A DNA stretch of 63,997 bases, the filler included, from Sphacelaria rigidula (Eukaryota), in assembly GCA_964200075.2 (NCBI GenBank). It is 3 parts of 3 records of this genome, joined end to end, with 100 filler letters (N's around TTAATTAATTAA, not from the genome) between each part and the next. Parts side by side here need not be neighbours in the genome. Positions count along the whole stretch, not along the records: positions 43,627 to 63,997 come from CAXNAA020000537.1; 2 more parts are not named here. The stretch is one strand, 5' to 3'. Made by a program: the position numbers and the translations under genes. Below, piece by piece: positions 61,701-63,997 of this stretch. The notes under the pieces were generated by a model that worked only from the letters and a program-made list of their open reading frames with translations, did not search any database and was not told where the DNA came from. The first letter of the stretch is position 1, and the number at the start of each line of letters is the position of its first letter.

Positions 61701-63139
61701 AACGTGTCAAAGTGGTGCATCGAAACTGACGGGACACTCTTGCTGGAGGGCATGTGATGATGCGCGCCACATCTCGCGTAGGGTGCAGCACGTGCTCAAG
61801 ATAGACCTGCCCGCATGATATTATATCAAACACTTCAACGGGTTGTCGAAAAACCCAGTGCGAGCACAGAACAGCGGGTCAGAGGAAAAGGCATATGCTT
61901 CGATCAGCACTTTTGTCCAGATAGCAGTGAATAAACAAACATTAATAGCCTACTCCTGCCCGATGAGTGGATAGGGAAGTGACCGTTGACTACACCAACC
62001 AGTATTGCTCTCATCAACACAACCAGTTAATCCCAAGCTCCCATGCACAGCTGTACCTATACCGTTAGACATGAAATAGCTACAAAGATACACCGTGTGT
62101 ATATATCGAGAGTTCAGTACCGCGCCGTACCTTCCCACTACTGACTGTAGTAAGACTCAACACTGTACGTGAAAAAAGGCAGAGGCACAAAAAAACACTC
62201 GCACTGCATCAGGTGAGGCGGAGCGCCACCAGCCCCTCCTCACCCCCCCCTCCCCCTTCTTCCCCTTACCTGCATCAATCCGTGGCCATTGTGCTCATCC
62301 CGCTCACCATCTTCACTACCGTCATCAGAGTCATCGCTGTCTTCGCTGTCTCCTACACCACCCCCCCCTCCGAGCCACCCTGACCCTTCATCCTCATCTT
62401 CGCTCTCCATTCCCGGAAACGCTTCCTTAAAAGACTGTAGGTCTTGTTCACTCTCCTCGCTATCCGATTCCTCTGCATCATCATCTTCGTCATTAGCGTC
62501 ATCAGCCTCTTCCTCTCCCCCGGTCCGCCCCTTGCTCCTCGTGGTGGTGGAGCCGGCCGTGGCCGCAGTCTCGACCGGTTTCAAATCTAGTAACGGTGCT
62601 TCTGCCTCCACCATTTCTCCCTGATCCCCCTGGGTCATCTCGTCCGCTCCATTGCCCGCGTTCGAACCGTTCCCTCCTTCGTCCTCTTGGTCGTCCGATG
62701 ATATGTCATCCTCAGCGCTGCCCGTAGCGGCGTCAGCGCGCGAAGACGCGCCAGTGGAGCGCCTGGACGCTGGCCTCTTCCTGGCTGTTCGGCCATTCGA
62801 AGTCGTCGGTTCTTCGCTGGAGACACGTTTCGAAGCAGGGGCACCAGCGACGGCTTTCGATGCGTCAGCCCGACCCGCCCCTTGACCTGAACCTTTTCGT
62901 ATGGTCGGCACGCCATCCTTGGATGGCGATTGCTTCTTGGCAGGTTTACGCTTGGTGCTGCTACGAGGCACCCCTGTTGATGTCTCATTTTTTGCTACCT
63001 CAACCTGCTTCTTATCTGTACTGATCCCATTCCTCTTGGTTGCTGATACCGCCGGAGTAGACGATAATCGGGTACTGCTGGCGGCACGGCTACCTTTAGC
63101 CTTGCCCTGCGGGGTTGATGATTTCCGCTTCATGGGCAT
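46718..63139 (-). CDS. NOP2: NOP2/NSUN1-type 25S/28S rRNA (cytosine-C5)-methyltransferase, 12 exons, 900 aa
   Basis: Exons with GT-AG boundaries and consistent phases: 63139-62270, 61651-61394, 60796-60689, 60174-60067, 59726-59553, 59275-59168, 58776-58650, 57715-57531, 49393-49333, 48884-48659, 47466-47361, 47089-46718 (2703 nt). Family motifs: [55 protein letters not shown] (SAM-binding motif I), [11 protein letters not shown] (motif IV), VYSTCS (motif VI catalytic Cys), [20 protein letters not shown]. Basic/acidic N-terminus and RGG-rich C-terminus. Confidence 0.95.
47550..48420. repeat. Dispersed ~870-bp repeat, copy 2 (NOP2 intron 10)
   Basis: Inverted homolog of 18235-19110. Confidence 0.75.
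50215..50302 (-). ncRNA. Box C/D snoRNA family A copy 1 (diverged)
   Basis: Minus strand: stem ATCT, box C GTGATGA, guide TTGGAATTACCG, degenerate D', D box TTGA, stem AGAT. Confidence 0.6.
50508..50595 (-). pseudogene. Degenerate family B snoRNA copy
   Basis: Plus strand TCACGAGGACGTCGACAA resembles family B TCATAAGGAAGTCGACAA. The remainder is strongly decayed. Confidence 0.35.
50703..50791 (-). ncRNA. Box C/D snoRNA family A copy 2 (snR77/SNORD65-like, 18S Um)
   Basis: Terminal stem TCTCC/GGAGA, box C GTGAAGA, guide CTGGAATTACCG before D' CTGA, C' CTGCTGA, second guide GAAGCGGCTAAG before D CTGA. Confidence 0.85.
50856..50943 (-). ncRNA. Box C/D snoRNA family B copy 1 (LSU rRNA guide)
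   Basis: Stem GCCC/GGGC, box C GTGATTA, TATCTACAT element, D' CTGA, C' ATGTTGA, guide TTGTCGACTTCCT, D-like ATGA. Confidence 0.75.
51171..51261 (-). ncRNA. Box C/D snoRNA family B copy 2
   Basis: Stem GCCC/GGGC, box C ATGATTA, D' CTGA, C' ATGCTGA, guide TTGTCGACTTCCT, ATGA. Confidence 0.75.
51353..51445 (-). ncRNA. Box C/D snoRNA family A copy 3
   Basis: Same layout; box C ATGAAGA; both guides intact. Confidence 0.85.
51838..51927 (-). ncRNA. Box C/D snoRNA family A copy 4
   Basis: Minus strand reads ATCTCCG-GTGAGGA-ATTGCTTCAAGA-CTGGAATTACCGT-CTGA-GCAAACTC-GTGCTGA-AACAACTTT-GAAGCGGCTAAGT-CTGA-GGAGAT. Confidence 0.88.
52467..52811 (-). mobile_element. tRNA-derived SINE, family 1, inside the snoRNA array
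   Basis: Head with TGGCTCGGTTGG and GGTTCGATTCC boxes, body matching 9912-10261, (CA)n tail. Confidence 0.8.
53209..53299 (-). ncRNA. Box C/D snoRNA family B copy 3
   Basis: Identical to copy 2 by eye; lies in the duplicated block. Confidence 0.75.
53391..53482 (-). ncRNA. Box C/D snoRNA family A copy 5
   Basis: Nearly identical to copy 3; lies in the duplicated block. Confidence 0.85.
53873..53960 (-). ncRNA. Box C/D snoRNA family A copy 6
   Basis: Paralog of copy 4; D' reads CTAA; guides intact. Confidence 0.82.
55784..55878 (-). ncRNA. Box C/D snoRNA family B copy 4
   Basis: Stem GTGGTCC/GGGCCAC, box C ATGATTA, guide TTGTCGACTTCCT, ATGA. Confidence 0.72.
55941..56040 (-). ncRNA. Box C/D snoRNA family A copy 7
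   Basis: Extended terminal stem (plus strand AGGGGTGTCCT...AGGAGACCCCT), box C GTGAGGA, 18S guide intact. Confidence 0.85.
56203..56291 (-). ncRNA. Box C/D snoRNA family A copy 8
   Basis: Box C ATGAGGA; both guides and both CTGA boxes intact. Confidence 0.85.
56297..56592 (+). mobile_element. tRNA-derived SINE, family 2
   Basis: GCCGCGCCCCGATTGTGTATGG...GGTTCGATTCCCGATGCG; ends in a poly(A) run. Confidence 0.8.
57066..57154 (-). ncRNA. Box C/D snoRNA family A copy 9
   Basis: Stem TCTCCT/AGGAGA, box C GTGAGGA, 18S guide intact, D' CTAA, D-side guide diverged. Confidence 0.75.
58104..58410 (-). mobile_element. tRNA-derived SINE, family 2
   Basis: Homologous to 36375-36675 over its whole length. 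Confidence 0.8.
58929..59021 (-). ncRNA. Candidate single-copy box C/D snoRNA in NOP2 intron 6
   Basis: Minus strand GGCA-GTGATGA...ATGA-TGCC: perfect box C, 4-bp terminal stem and an internal hairpin GTGTCC/GGACAC. TCATTTTCAG can pair with LSU CUGAAAAUGG. Confidence 0.5.
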
Positions 63140-63402
63140 GGTTGGAGTAGTGCTCACCGCACTCACTGAGCTTACTGATAACGTAGGGCGCCCGCGCACT
63201 GAAACTGTAGCCACTCAGGGGCAATCTAGCATGACTATCCCAACCAAAGTTAAGGGACATATTTGGATTATGACCGAAATCCAAGTCGTATACTTGACGT
63301 GGGCAGAACCAAGTCCTCACCTGGCCCGCCCACGGTGGGCCATGTACAATAGTGAAGGGTACAGTGAATTCCACACGGGTACCGGAGTGCGTGTAAAAAT
63401 TC

Positions 63403-63572
63403 CACGCCTTGGACAACATATTGTCAATAGATGCAATAGACGATAAGTGTACTGCATAAGGTATAGGCCTATAGCAACTATTGCCGGCCGACAATAATCG
63501 CAATAGGCCTATACTCCATGCAGTACGTTTCTTGTCTATTGCAACTATTGACCATATGTTGTCCAAGGTGTG
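63403..63572. repeat. 170-bp near-perfect foldback upstream of NOP2
   Basis: CCTTGGACAACATATTGTCAATAG...GTATAGGCCTAT pairs with ATAGGCCTATAC...CTATTGACCATATGTTGTCCAAGG. Confidence 0.85.
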
Positions 63573-63997
63573 AGAAATTCCTTAGCTCTAGCCTTGTGAC
63601 CATAGCTTTTTTATTATTATTAGTTGGTTTTCATATAGCGGATCAACAACTACATGATTTTAGTCCCTGACTAAAAGTGTTTTTTTCATCATAATACTAG
63701 ACGTTCTATTCAGGGCCACGGTCGAAAGATAGAGTCGGTTTAGGGCAATCACGCGTACAAACTATCGTATCAGTGTTATTCCTTTTCAATACGAGCTGGG
63801 CCAGCCTAGAGGCGGATTTGAAGTTTGCAGGCTCATGCTCTTTTATACATTTAGAGTTGGGCCCTGAAATTTGGTATGGACAGTGCATAGGGCATAAGAA
63901 AAAAAATTACTGAAGTACCAAAATTTGTTTTTTTTTCATAAGTTAAGGGCATTTTGGTGATACCTGAAAATCGATCATTGCCCTTAACTCCTGAAAA

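Overview
Eukaryotic, intron-rich DNA that looks like a brown alga (Phaeophyceae). This is inferred from the many short GT-AG exons, a bipartite plastid presequence and the repeat landscape. The window is three contigs joined by artificial N/TTAATTAATTAA/N linkers (21714-21812, 43527-43626). All reconstructed genes are on the minus strand: the 5' part of a Tet/DHA1-type MFS transporter (4 exons), the terminal exon of a FUT8/GT23-like fucosyltransferase, a complete 8-exon plastid-targeted mTERF-like repeat protein (616 aa), and a complete 12-exon NOP2/NSUN1 rRNA m5C methyltransferase (900 aa). The most striking structure is in the 8.1-kb intron 8 of NOP2. It holds an amplified, same-strand array of about 14 box C/D snoRNA genes in two families. 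Nine copies carry a near-invariant guide complementary to the 18S rRNA 530-loop (snR77/SNORD65-type) plus a conserved orphan second guide. Four to five copies carry a guide complementary to LSU rRNA AGGGAAGUCGGCAA. A second notable structure is a near-perfect 110-bp-arm palindrome formed by inverted duplication of an MFS coding exon with its splice sites. The rest is tRNA-derived SINEs (2 families), LINE/LTR relics, MITE-like foldbacks, a 3-kb 21-bp satellite and microsatellites. All calls were made by eye; no database searches were run.
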